Positions 43,097 through 56,789 of a stretch of 64,000 nucleotides of DNA are shown one piece after another. A model generated the notes under the pieces. The model was not told the DNA's origin, did not search any database, and saw only the letters and a list, made by a program, of their open reading frames with translations. The translations under genes and the position numbers were made by a program. Positions within the stretch are counted from its first letter, which is position 1. Every line of letters begins with the position of its first letter. Source of the DNA: Paragordius varius (lineage: Eukaryota; Animalia; Nematomorpha); contig OZ176050.1 of assembly GCA_964247055.1 (NCBI GenBank), forward strand, positions 8,866,001 to 8,930,000. Direction: 5' to 3'.

Positions 43097-43546
43097 GTGG
43101 TTTTCATTTTTTCATGTAAACGGAATAGCACACAAACTCAAGAGAAATTATTGATTAAATGTTTTTGTCAAAGCACATGTTGTTGTTATTTTTATATAAT
43201 TTTGCATTTTTTGTGGTAATGACATTGAATTTTATAATATAATGTACTAAAGGTCATCTATATTTGTGTTATCTCTCGGTGTGTGTGCTTTACAATAGAA
43301 AGTTATATTGTAAAAATATATTTGTTCCCATTCTAATAATCTATAAATATTACGTTTGCAAAAATGCATTTATTTTTAGCCTAAAAAATGCAAAATCACA
43401 ATTTATAATTTTGTGTCGTATCATGAAATAAAAATAAAAAAATAATTGTTTTTTAGTTTTCAGTCGCAACCGAAATTTCAGATTTTACCCTTTAATACCT
43501 CCAAATTACTTCTATGTTTATGGTTTAATTATTTTGTAAGAAGAAT
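43097..43546. promoter_or_regulatory. Probable shared (divergent) promoter region of the SDR gene and Syncrip
   Basis: The two start codons face away from each other 450 bp apart. Inferred from gene geometry only; no specific motif identified. Confidence 0.4.
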
Positions 43547-46500
43547 ATGACGCAAGAAATTCTTTTAAATTCGCTTCCAAATTCCAATGAAAATTTTTGT
43601 TGCAATAAAGATGAATTATCTAGTCCATCCGATTCATTTATATCCAACCTAGAATCTCCTGATTCTGCATCAGAAAATCAAAATTCCAAAGATTTGTATA
43701 CCATTGTACCTGGCACGAAAATTGCAAAAGGACCAGATGAGCAAAAATTAAAGGTATTATAACTAATATTGTGGAGATCGCCTTATATAAGGTTAAATAG
43801 AATTTATTGATTCTCATATTTTTGCCAAAGGCATCATCAGTAGATTCAGTCAATATATATATAACATTTATTATGACAAAATTGAAGATCAATAGATTGT
43901 ACATTTTTAGCATATTTTACGGCGATCTCCACATCGTTTACATTACACACTATCGTCGTTACCCATTCAATTATAACTTAATATGTATTTTAGGAATTGT
44001 TAGAACGTACGGGCTATTCCCATTTTATTACTGCCGGACAACGAAAATACGGTGGACCACCCCCAGATTGGGAGGAATCCCTTGGCCCCCCTGTTGGTTG
44101 TGAGGTAAACCAAAAATTTTAATTATGATCGCTTATTAAAATTTTATCAAATATCGTTTGGGTCAATATTTTAATTTTATAGATTTTATAACTTATTTAA
44201 ATCATTGAAAATAATATATATCAACATAACAATATGATAAGTCATCTTCTGCCAAAATTAAGCAACATATCAACAATATATGCCGCACACATTTTTGCGT
44301 CAATTAATATATTTTAGTATTTGTGGTAACTTTAGTTAAAAAACAAAAAATTTGATATTAACAAAAGGTAATATATTAATAATAATATTCTAACATTTTG
44401 TAATGTGTTTTAATTGTTTTGCAAATTTTTTATATCAAAAATGATAATGTAATTGTTTCACGGCCAGAAACGTTGTATAGAAACGTGATTTATCATCGTA
44501 GTTTAATTTCATTTATTTTAGATACATGTTTTTTCAATACCAAATTTTATATACTATATTAATTTTTCTTGATAATCTTTTAAAACAAATTAGTTTTCAT
44601 AGCACATAAATTTATTAAAAATGTTTAGGGGCTTTACAACCTTTTTATACCATTTTTTAATTTATATTGCATCTTAATTTTATATTAGTAACCACAATCA
44701 AAGCTTCTATTTATTATATTATTATACTTAGTGATAGATCTGTTTTTTTGGTTAGCTTTTTCGAGGTCATTTTATTTTTTATATAAGTATCAACCTAGGT
44801 TAGCGTTCATAATATGCACAGAGAATATAAAATTTATATCATTTTTATTTTAGTGTGGATTAATAACACAATAATTCAAGATCGATTTAGCTTTTGTCCC
44901 TTTTATGATGTAAACATGTTTTGATGATAAAAATATTTATCAAATCTGCTGCTGTATAGATTATACATTTTGTTTTAATAAATCTAACTGAAGGTCATTC
45001 AATTTTCCAATTTCGTTTTGTAAGAATACCAAAAAAACATAAATATATAGTAATTTGTTTTTATGTAACTAAAAAGAAAAATGGCCGTATAAAACAATAA
45101 AATTTTACCTTGAAATTTAGGCAATAACACGCTGGTAACGGTTTTTGTCTCTCGCTCTCTGATTGGCAAAATTAATGGTTTTTAATGGAAAACAGTCGAT
45201 TTTTTTCAAAAAAAGTATAGTTAAGGCCATTTTAAAAAGGTATTTATTTGGTTTTTTAAATTTCTATTTAACCTTTAATTATTAATTTTATGGAACATTA
45301 ATGTTTTAATGATTGGTAATCGATGTTAGTATATTTAAAAAATATATATTAAAAAATTTAATAGCGATAGTTTAATTATATATTTATGTTGGTAATACAG
45401 TATTGTATTAAATTTTGAAAAATCATTCTATAACCCTTTTTTTATAATAAAAAATAAGCTGTGCAAACAGTATGTTGTATATAAGTAGAAGGTTCATAAT
45501 ATAATATTAATTTAATCTATTTTAATATTGCCCTATTAGTTTTAAAATAGGGTTCATTACATAAAAAACCATTTCGCCACTAATTTACTTTTCAAATAAT
45601 AACATACAAAAAACTGTTTTAATGGTTATCTATTTGGTAAGAGTTAATATTTTATATAAACTATTTAACTTTTAGGTTCTATATTTCCAAAAATTATCGC
45701 AATAAATAAAAAGGGAATTATCCTGTAATTTCTTTATTGGATAAGGTGTTGTATGGTATTTACCTAAACGATTTAACGAAATTTTATGTGAATGTTCAAG
45801 CCACAATAAAAATGACACCCTATGATATTGTTTAAACAAATCTTAGTGATGTGAAATGATTATAGTGACAATTAAAACTATTTAAATATTTTTCTCCAAA
45901 ATTATGTTATAAACATATTTTCATATATTCATACTCTATTTTTGTATAGATGAAAACATCGTATAATTGAAAATAATAACATGTACTCCAACTTGTTTTT
46001 TATGCCAATATTTTATTTGTCTCCTTACATATTTGTATATTTAGATTTATTGTGGAAAAATCCCCAAAGATATTTACGAAGATGAACTTATCCCCTTGTT
46101 TGAGCGCATTGGAAAAATTTGGGATTTTAGACTCATGATAGATTCGGCCAATGGGGGCATTAGCAAAGGTTTTGCCTTTGTCCAATACACAAACAAGGAG
46201 CTTGCAGAAAATGCTGTAAAAACGGTAATTTATTTATAATTATTGCTAGAACCGTTTATGTATATATATAAACTTTCTTATCATTTATACATTTTTTTTA
46301 GTTGGACAATTATGAAATTAGGCCGGGAAAATATCTCAAACTAAACATATCTATACCAAATCTCAGACTGTTTGTTGGTAATATACCCAAATCCAAGAGC
46401 AAAGATGAAATTTTCGAGGAATTTAATAAATTAACGGGTATGTAACCTATTTAATTTTTAAATTAATAATATTATATTATTATAATAATAGGTACTTTTA

Positions 46501-49500
46501 AATAAATTTTGGAATTATATAATTTCCATCGGCCCATCATTTTTAAATAAGGAATATCATTACTTTGTAATAACGTTTAAGTAATTATCCTTTTGCATCC
46601 AATTGTGAAGTTAGATCGATAATGTCATTTTATTGCGTAAGAGCTTGTGATGTTCCTTAATTTGCATAAATTTGTGAAATTTCGTGATATATCGTTTAAT
46701 CCATACGAATATTAGATACAGATCAAGTTAAAAATTTTACTATATTTAATGCATACAACAGAGGGCCTTGTAGACGTCATAGTGTATTCGACCCCAGGGG
46801 AAAAGCGTAAAAATCGTGGTTTCTGTTTCCTTCAATACGAGTCTCACTTGGCAGCAAGTGTAGCGAAGAAACGATTAACCAACAATATACCTAAACAAGT
46901 GTATACTCTCATAACGTCGGGTTGTTTAAGCGTTGCTGGTGGCAATAATAATAATTACAATAATAGTAGCAATAATATTGGAGGAGCTAAAAATTTTCCC
47001 TTGTTTATAAGAGATGGACATACGGCGGCCCAGGCCCTTGCCCTTTACAACTATTATTGGCCCTTTAAACGGGTTTGGAATTGTGATATTATAGTGGAAT
47101 GGGCCCAGGTTCAAGAAGAACCACCCCAAGAAACTATGGCAAAAGTAAAGATTTAAGATGCCGTTTTTTTATTATTTTAATGCTTGTAAAATACACATCC
47201 GTTTTATTATAAATGGATTTGGAACCAAATTTTTTATTTTTATTCATGAATTTATATGATTATGTTATTTCCCCTACCTTTTAGGTTAAAGTTCTTTATG
47301 TGAGCAATTTAACAAATGCCGTGGAAGAAAATGATCTTAAGGTAAGATTTGAAGAATATGGACCCATTCAACACGTTAAAAAGGTTTGTTTTGATATTTA
47401 TCATACCATTTTTCTACAGGGCTAAAAAATTTATAAGAACAAATATATTTAAACTTTACGATAAAGATGTCTTTTAATTAATTCAATAATTTGCAACTAT
47501 ACTTGAAAGTTTTTAGGATAAAATGAGTGCTAAATGGTTAAATTAATTTCAGAGAAATCCCTAAGCATCTATACTCGAAATCTAGGGTCTAGTGAAGTTG
47601 GATATATATACGAAATTGATATGTGACTCATATTAAATAGTTATATCGTACAGATAGTCCTAACAAGCACGAAAACAGTCTGCAATTACTATTGACGAAG
47701 GGTCTCGCATATCATTTATATTTTTAGTTTAATTTTATGTTAATTTTTTATTTAATCTTAGTTTATATTTCATTAACAATCGTTAATACAAAAACATTAT
47801 TAATCCGTTATTTACCATTACAATATATGTACGTAAAACCGTTTAAATAATCTCATAGAAAACATAAGAAATTAAAATACTTATAAAGCAATTTTGATTA
47901 ATTAGGAAATATATCGATTAAACGCCGACCATTGCAACCACGATTAGTTAAAAGCAATAAAATAAATGCAATATTTATAAGATATATGTTTTGAATTACA
48001 AAATTATCTTTAGTTTTTCATCACACCATAGGTGAAAGATTATGCGTTCATCCATTTCAATGAACGCGATCATGCTTTGAAAGCCATGGACGCTTTGAAT
48101 GGTCTAATAGATGTCCCAGGACAAAATGGATTACCTATTAAAGTGAGTCTTGCCAAGCCCCCCAGTGAAAAGAAAAGCTCAAGTAGTTCCAGTGGTAACC
48201 CGAGTTCACCCACCAATCTAGCGCATAACCCCAATTATATAAGGTAACTTTTATATTTAAGAAAATATATAGACCAAGCGTTTGAGATTGATTTGAATGC
48301 TGATAACGTTACATTTGTTCTTTATTAGATAATCCCTTGGCGGGCAGTGTTAAAGCTTAAATGTTCTATATTTATTAGTCCTGACCTTCAATCTAGAACT
48401 AAATTTTTTCTGAAAAAAAGACGTTTATGGAGATTGTTTAATTAATAAAAGCAGACGATTCAAGCAACGAAATAACCAATCGAAATTTGCTATACATCTT
48501 GCGGTTTTTTAAATAAAATTTTTTTTAAAAAAGGGGTAAAAAGGGACAACTCGCGAAATTTTTCATAATAAAAGGTTTGACTATACTTTTAAATGAAGTG
48601 TTTAAAATAAATTTAGACTCACCCTTTATCTTTTTGATCAAATAGTGAATTAGCTGCAAATGCTACATCACCCTCAACTCTGGCAACTCTGATCAAAAGT
48701 TTGGCTTCACAAGCTCGAATTATAGCAGCAGCCACATCGGCATACATTATGGCGGGAGAATTCGCAACGCTAAACAACTACAATAATCCAGTACCTGGAT
48801 CTAACATTAATAATAATTATTATCCCATGTTTCCCCAAACTGCTCCATATGGCCATCCAATGCCCTATAGTCCATCCTCTACTCACCCCTTTAATGCTGC
48901 TCCTCTACAAGGATTTGGGTCTCCAACAAATAATCCTGGACAACGAAATGATGGTACGCAAAGTATGGATTTTTTATTTTTACCGAAAAATTAGAATTTT
49001 ACCAAATCGATTATCATTATGTTGACTTATTAGTTTTATGTTTTTAAATATTTTTTTTGCCATAACATATACTACTTTTTATTTCGTTTTACGTGCCAAA
49101 TGGTTTTTTAAACAAAATTCTTATTAATTTATTATGATCAAATTTCTAGATATTCATAACGCTGCCGGTTATTTGAATTATTTGTGGCCATATGGTATGG
49201 TGGCTTCATATAATGGTATACCAATAAATAACACTTCCATGTTAAGTAATCTTCACAGTCCCAACTACTCTAATCACCTACAAAATAGTCCAACTCTTTA
49301 TGGAACAACGTTAGAATCGTCACCGGTTAACAACAAAAATTATCCCGTATTCCCGGTACCATTCGTACATTCTTCAAATCAAAATAATTACCATGATGCA
49401 CTAAGTGTTAACGATTTTAACAAGTCTGCTCCTGGAGATGGTAAAGTAGTGTTTGGCTCAAACAATAAACTTAATCTTTCAACACAGCTTGTTGAAAATG

Positions 49501-52281
49501 TGGAAACTATTAGCGATCAAATGAAGAATTTAAGGTAATTATATCGATACGATCTTAACTCTATTTTATAAAATAAAATTTTGGATTTTACGCATTTTTT
49601 ATGTATTTACTATTTTTATAGAACAAGGAGCGATGATCCACAAACTTTAAATGGTACAATGATTAATTTTTATACGTTCCACAAAATTTATAGATAGTTT
49701 ATAATAATGAATATTTTAGAAAAAAGTAATTTATTTTAAACTGAATAGTTAAAGAACTACCATCGACTATACAACTTGCACCTAATCATTGTTATGGAGA
49801 CTTAACTAGTGGAGGAGGAAATATTCCAAATTTTTATCAACATCAAATACCATTTTATCCTCACGTTCCTATCTACGAGACTGGAAATAATATCAATATA
49901 ACCAACAATGCAATACCCAATAATAATAACATTAATAGTCCAAATTTTGATTCGTATATGATTGGCCCTCATCCTTTGATTTTACCGACTCCGCCGCACC
50001 CAAATCAAACTGTAAGACAGTTTTAAATAATTTATCTCTTTAATTACACCTGTAATTTTGAACAGATTTATTTTGGGCCACATATGCTGATTGGTAGTAG
50101 GCGCAGCTCTGACGATAGCAATTTAAGCGAAGTTTTTACAAATGAGGTTAGCTCCCCCGCGGCTAATGACAGTGAAGAAAAGGGTACATATTTATATTAA
50201 ACCAAATGTTTTTTTGATTCATAATATTATTGACTGACACACTGTGCGAGACTCTTTTTAAATATTTTTGCCAAACTTATAGTAGAATAGTTGTGTGCCT
50301 ACTACTTAAAACATACTGAGCATGAGGTCAAATTCATGTTATGAGCCAATGGGGCGAATTAAATTCAACGTGAATAATTTCGACTCAAGTGGCTGCTATA
50401 TTTTCGTCCTATCATTTTTAAGCCATTCCATAACCGGTTTATTCCCCGATGATTCAAATCCATATGGCTATAAAACTATCAACAAATTTTGCTTTAATTT
50501 ATATTACTATTTTAATATTTAAACCTTGCATGAAAATGTTTTATTTTTTACATGTTACCAGAACATTCTCAAAAGAGCAAAGATAAAATCGGGAGTGATG
50601 AGTTGGATTCTGCCAAGGATGAAAGCGAAGAAGGAAAAGCTTCCTCCCAATCAGGTACAACGGATGGAAATGGCGATGGCGGAAGCAGTTCGATAACATC
50701 CTCGCTTCTCAACAATGTAGTCATATCATCTGCAAACAGTATTATTTAATTTACTTTTTTTCTTTTATTCTTACTCAATATAATAATATACTTTGATAGT
50801 TTTTCCTATTAAATATTGCCAGATTACAGTTAAGAGCAATATAATTCACATTATTAGGTGTCACACTATTATTGGCCAATTAATAATACAGTAGATATGA
50901 TATAAAATAAATTTGTCCAAAATAAAATTTAATGCTGTAAGATAGGTATAAATTGTAATTTCAACCATTTGTTGTTATTTTGCCCGTACTCTACTGCATT
51001 GCCAATTGGACAAAATTCATGTGAATCGACCAACATTTATGTGCATACTTTAATTGGCGTTGCTTATAATTTAGCTAATAATGATCATTATTGTGAATGC
51101 TATATGGCATGCTTAACGAAAAACTATAATTTTGTACTTTAATAAATTTTGTTAAAGCATATATATATATATATATATATATCCAATGTAATATAGTCCC
51201 TTATGGTGAATTAAATTTGAATGGGTTAAGCCCTTTGTATTACACAACACAAACCCTTAATGGGCAACAATATTTAATTTATCAACCTCAACATACAATG
51301 CCTGCCGTCAAAACTTCAACATCTGCCAATCCTATAATGGATCAACAGCAAAAATATCCTTTGAATAATGGTAATTTTTACAGTTAAGTTAATTTTTGAA
51401 TGCAGCGCTTTTTTCCCTATATATAAATTATTTGCTCTAATTGGTATGAGTTAGAACAATATATATTGAAAAGCTTTATACTACCATATTTTTCAGAAAA
51501 TTAAAATCCAACCCTTTTCTTACTCATAATTTCTATCGTATACCCATTTTTGAAATTAAATTGAAAAAATTCTAATATATCATATTTGACAGAATATCAC
51601 TCTGTGATGAATGATGGCAAATGTGACGTCGATTCCAATTCTGGCAACATTAATTTTTATCCATATTCTTATTCTGTGGATCCAAATGGGTATACAACAC
51701 AACAATATCCTACGGAGCAACTTAATAACAATGCAAACCATTTGATGAATGAGAAAACTCACACGGCAGTAAACAACAATGCAACTCAAACAATGTATCA
51801 TCATCATCCCATAAATCCAAATGCAATGTTCCAGGGTATGGCTAATATGTCTATAAATGGTTTACCTAATAGCACTATTTCTACTTCTTCTTTACATTCT
51901 TCGCCGCCCTCAAATATTGGTGTTGGCAAACCCAAAGGATCCACTTATCACAAGCAGCAACGTAATTTTAGCAACAACAAAAACGGTAGTAGTGCTAAAG
52001 GAAAATCTTATGGTGAACCACATCACAATAACAATAATGCTTACTACAATAATAATAGAGCACACAACCATTTTGGCCAAATGCGTCAAAATACGGCAAA
52101 TAGTTCAACGTCAGAAACGAGTGGTGGAGTTGTCATAGAAACCGGGAAGCATGGAAGTGGCAATAAACACAGGAAAGGTGATGGAACTGGTCATTCAAAT
52201 AATTTGGGCAAACATTCAACCTCAAACAGCGAACGTAGTAAAATGGGCAATAAGTATAATAATGGGACAGTCAAAGCTTAA
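43547..52281 (+). CDS. SYNCRIP: Syncrip / hnRNP Q-R family RNA-binding protein (3 RRMs) with a long low-complexity C-terminal extension, ~1157 aa
   Basis: Exons 43547-43753, 43994-44104, 46045-46224, 46302-46437, 46762-47144, 47285-47383, 48032-48243, 48646-48953, 49150-49534, 49622-49653, 49749-50011, 50066-50183, 50562-50738, 51197-51370, 51593-52281; all phase-consistent. Motifs [87 protein letters not shown]. The tail exons are less certain than the RRM exons. Confidence 0.93.
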
Positions 52282-53544
52282 AATTTCATCATATAAATAT
52301 TCATATGCTACTAGTCTTTTGATTTTTATAAATATTTTGATTGTAAGAGCCTCATAGTTATATAAGATTCCTATTTTATTCCATTCTTTATATCATATCT
52401 AATAAAATGCATATTTTTCACGGAATGTTATATTTGAATCATTTTATTATTTGCATCATTTGATAATTATTACTATCTTTCTTTATATGAATTTGATCAA
52501 TTTGATGTACATTATACTATTCTTCTAAATTGTTCGCGCGGATTAAACAAGAAGATAATTTTTTAAAAATGAAATTATTAAATGATGGATGACTAATCAT
52601 AGAATGTTTATCTACTTGAAATGAATCTTTAAAGTGATGTTATATTAATATTTATATGTCAGCTTGTTTAATGCATATAAAATAATTATCAGATTTCAAT
52701 ATTATTTGTGATATCCTATATATTTTTATGCAATATTATTTATTATTATTATAATTTTAAATCGTATTTTTATGCGGACAAGGGTTTTGTAAAGTTTGGT
52801 AAAATATTTGAATATATATAAATGCATATTGATTTTTAATATTTATTTTTTACGTTAATTTAGAAATTTCAAAATATACCTTTCTTTGGTATGTTTTTGG
52901 AATATAGCTTCTGAATTAAAATCATTTTTAAAAGCGATGAATTCATTAACAAAATGTGCATGAAAAAAAATAATTTGAAAATACAAATAGAGGATTTATT
53001 AAATTAATAAAATAAAATATTATGATTCAGGGCTATAAAAAATCATCATTTTTAAGGCAACATGCGGCCCCTAAGCAGCGGTTTGAGTATCACTGATTTA
53101 TAACACATGTTTTACCATTTAAATTAAAGAATTTAACATCCATCCAAAAAAATATTTAACCGTTTGATGATTAACTATAATAATAATAGTTAATATAACT
53201 TTCATAAATCACCCGCAAGTCCCGAAACCTAAAGCACCATAAAAATCCTATAATTTACCAGAATAAATATATACAATCAAAAGTTTTAGGCTAAATAAGC
53301 AAAATATAAGGGTGAATAATTTATCATTTTTATGAAAGGTCTATTTTATCCATGATAGTATTTTTATCCATTTTGAACTAAATACTAATTACCATAATTT
53401 TTGATTTACAAATAATTAATATCTGTGAATATTTAAATTGTATAACAAAACCCATATTTCAAGAAAGCTCTCACATCTGTCAATCTTTGACCTGCCTAGA
53501 AATAATAACGGTGACAATGCAATCAAGATTCATTGAAGAGATTG

Positions 53545-53950
53545 TATGAACGTCTCTTTTTATGGTATTCTCCATAAATTCCCATCATGAGCCAAATCTA
53601 TGTTAAGATTGTGTTTTGCTAAATCATCTTATATTTGCAAGTATGTTTTTCCAGCTTTTCTTGCAGTGTCAACTTTATAATGCAACAATACTTGCCGAAT
53701 GTTGGGCGGTTTTATACGATGTATGTGACACGCCCATCCTACCCATTTGAATCACATCGAATATTGATTTTATTTCTAGCACTGTGTGGGGAGAGTTCAT
53801 TGTGTGATTAAACTTATTGGAATATTGTTAAAAAATTTTGTAATTAGAAGTTTGCCTTCAGATTGAAGCAGTTTAGTATTATAATGTTAATACCGGTTGA
53901 ATAGCTTTGGCATATGGTTATGTTGCGAGGTTAAATAACGTTGCATCATT
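53545..53950 (-). pseudogene. Degenerate 3' fragment of a non-LTR retrotransposon (LINE) ORF2
   Basis: Minus-strand translation KWVGWACHIHRIKPPNIRQVLLHYKVDTARKAGKT..DDL..DLAHDGNLWR, with stops, resembles the C-terminal W.GHV.RM..P.Q.L..R.RG..DL..A.DR..WR region of RTE/L2-type LINEs. Confidence 0.5.
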
Positions 53951-55551
53951 GGAGTTTTGTATGTAAAAATTCAATATTTAAAAATTTATAAGATATTGGA
54001 GTAAATTCAAAAACATGCATCATTTAAACTTTTAGAGGAATGATTCAAAATTTTATTTAAAACTAATAAATTGTAAAAAATCTTCAACTACTATTCGCAT
54101 CCAATTATTTCTTAAGATTTTTTTTCGCTATTACATCAGACAAATAAATGTGTAATAATAAATATTCCATTTGATATTTATTGATTTTAGAATCAGCTTT
54201 ATGTTTCGATCGGGTTTCGTAGCTATCCCATTGGTTATACGTTAGTAAAAGTTTTTATATGTTTAATACAGGGTAACAATGTATGCAATTAAATTTCATA
54301 CAACTTACAAAACAAGATTCTTTTTAGAAGTTAGTGGGGTTTCACTACCCCAAAATGTTATCGTTTACAAAAAAATAAAAAAGTAATGAAGTGTTAATAA
54401 AATTAATTTTTAGGAATAATTTTTTTCTCTAAACCAATTAACAAAATTTTACTTTTTTTGAACCGGATATTCATAAAAATATATAACATATGCAACACGT
54501 TTGTCAAAGAAGTTTTAACTGGTTTTTATTAAAATTTTAAAATAGTCAAGATAAATGCTTTCATAAGCGTGTAAAAATCACAAAGCGGATGCGTAATGAT
54601 TTACGTCCAAATAAAATTAAATAATGTCCATAAATATTGCATATGCATAATTAATTCTAGGAACGGAATAATTTATACCTCTTGTCTTATAGAAACCTAT
54701 AAACTTTATTTTTTAATATATATAGGAATCGTTACAAATGTGTTGTGAAATAAATTTGTGGAAAGTTTAATGTAGTGTAATATATGCTAACTTTTATGAG
54801 GACCCATTTTAATTTTTAAAAATTAGTTATTCTGTGGCATGTAGACTTTCAGTTTAGTCGCAATTAATCTTTAGAGATGTGTGTTTGTAAAGCAATTTTT
54901 GTCTAATAAATTGATGTAAATCAATTTTTATGTATCCAACCTTTCGCCCTAATTACTACCAAGACTAACAATTTAAAATAAAATACACATGTATGTTAAA
55001 AATTAGATTATTAAATTTAAAATATGTTTAAATATTTGTTAAAAATCACGTAAATTGTTGAACGTTTTACATCATATACAGTAGCGTATGGCATAAAACA
55101 TTATTGGTCCATATAATAAAAAAATGTTTTTTAAAAAACAAGCCTAGTTGTACATACACATATCCATAATATCCCCTAAAAATCATTTTTTTATTCTTTT
55201 ATGCACTAATATTGTTTAATGCCATACTCTACTGTAAAAGTTATAAAGAGAACTAAGTGGATATATTCATGATTATATATTTGAGGTTATATTTACTCAA
55301 ATTTAAGGGGACATTAGAAATGACACATGGATAAAGTAAAATAAATGCATTAAAATAATTTATATACTACATTTAATATTTTTATAATGCATCTTTTTTG
55401 GATATATTTTTTGATTAATGCGGTAATTGATTCTACCCACCAATGTTCAAGTATTTTCTATCATTTATTTATTATTTATTGAAAAATTTATTGAAAATAA
55501 TGTATGATATTAAAAATTAAAAAAAACTATATTATTATTTGTTATGAGATA

Positions 55552-56789
55552 ATGGGATAATACTAATATTATTTTGGTTTTGCATATTTAATTTAGTTTT
55601 TTTACACATTTTATCCAAAATAGATCCTCAGATTAACGTAATTTTAGTACGTCATGGTGAAAGATCTTTTGTCCAAAACGTGAATGACGCTTTATCAGCC
55701 AACGATATTCAAAAAATATACCCTTACGGGTTAGGAAATTTGACCGATCACGGGGCTATGGAATTAAGGTATTTGGGGCGAAAATTGCGACAACAGTTTA
55801 AAAGCGTAGAAAATTGGAAACCACACCATGTTCATTTGACTTCAAGTCCATATCTAAGGTCTGTTATATCAACATTAGCGTTTGCTGAGGGATATAATCC
55901 CACCACTGCTTACAATAGTAACGAAGAATTCATCCAATATGTTAGGAATCAGGATAATTTAAACAAGCGAATAAATACAACAGAGACCGGTATATGGCTG
56001 AACCCCGCCCATTTTTGTGAGAAACTTGTTGAAGAGATGACCAAATGGCTGTTGTCCCTACCAGAATATAGACCTATTTTCAACACTGTGGTTAAGACAT
56101 TCGCATCGATTCTCAAAAAATTTAGACCGGAAAATGTCACCAAAGAAGTTGAGCTAACCCAAATGCTTGTAGCTCAGGATTATATAAATAACATAGGTTT
56201 ACTTCTTTCAAGATATGAAAGGTCTAACAAAACTTCATTGATTGAAAGTGCTTATTTCAATGACAAAGAAAAAGAGGTCGAAAATAAAAAATTGCAATCG
56301 TTATACCACGCTGGTTATTTTAATCTTCCTTATTGGGCCACGAAAGAAACCAGGTCCGGTCTTAATTTATTGGTCGATAAATGGTTTGAATTAGCTTATT
56401 CCAACCCTCAGAAATATAATTTGGTCGGATACACCTTTTCACATCTTTATAATACAGTAAATCCAAAATTTATATCGGATAACAATAGTGATTTGCATGT
56501 ATGGGGCAGTCATGGATTCACAATTTGTGCCATGTTAAGTATTTTATCTCACCCATGTTTGAGTGAACCAGGCAACGTTTCCTATTTGCGATTCAAATCA
56601 TTTGACAAAACTGCTATACTAGGAGCCAACATGACCGAAACAGTTCGTATGATTAAAATTTGGTTTACTAATGATGTTTTGGCCCAGCCGAAAGTTATAT
56701 TGGAAGTTCCAATGATACAATTTCACAAGATTTATGGGAAATATTTTATGGACTCGGCACAAGCCGAAAAGAATTGCCATCAATATTGA
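55552..56789 (+). CDS. Histidine acid phosphatase family protein, probably secreted, no intron in the catalytic region
   Basis: In frame with the 55680-56789 ORF: ILVRHGERS, LGNLTDHGAMELRYLGRKLRQQF, TSSPYLRSVIS, WGSHGFTI. An in-frame hydrophobic leader GIILILFWFCIFNLVFLHIL precedes these, but the ATG at 55552 is one base out of frame. Confidence 0.85.

Noticed and set aside
50946-51140. In-phase open segment in the Syncrip tail as an alternative terminal exon
   Set aside because: Weak acceptor and no supporting feature; exon 51197-51370 continues the frame directly. Not excluded as a minor isoform.
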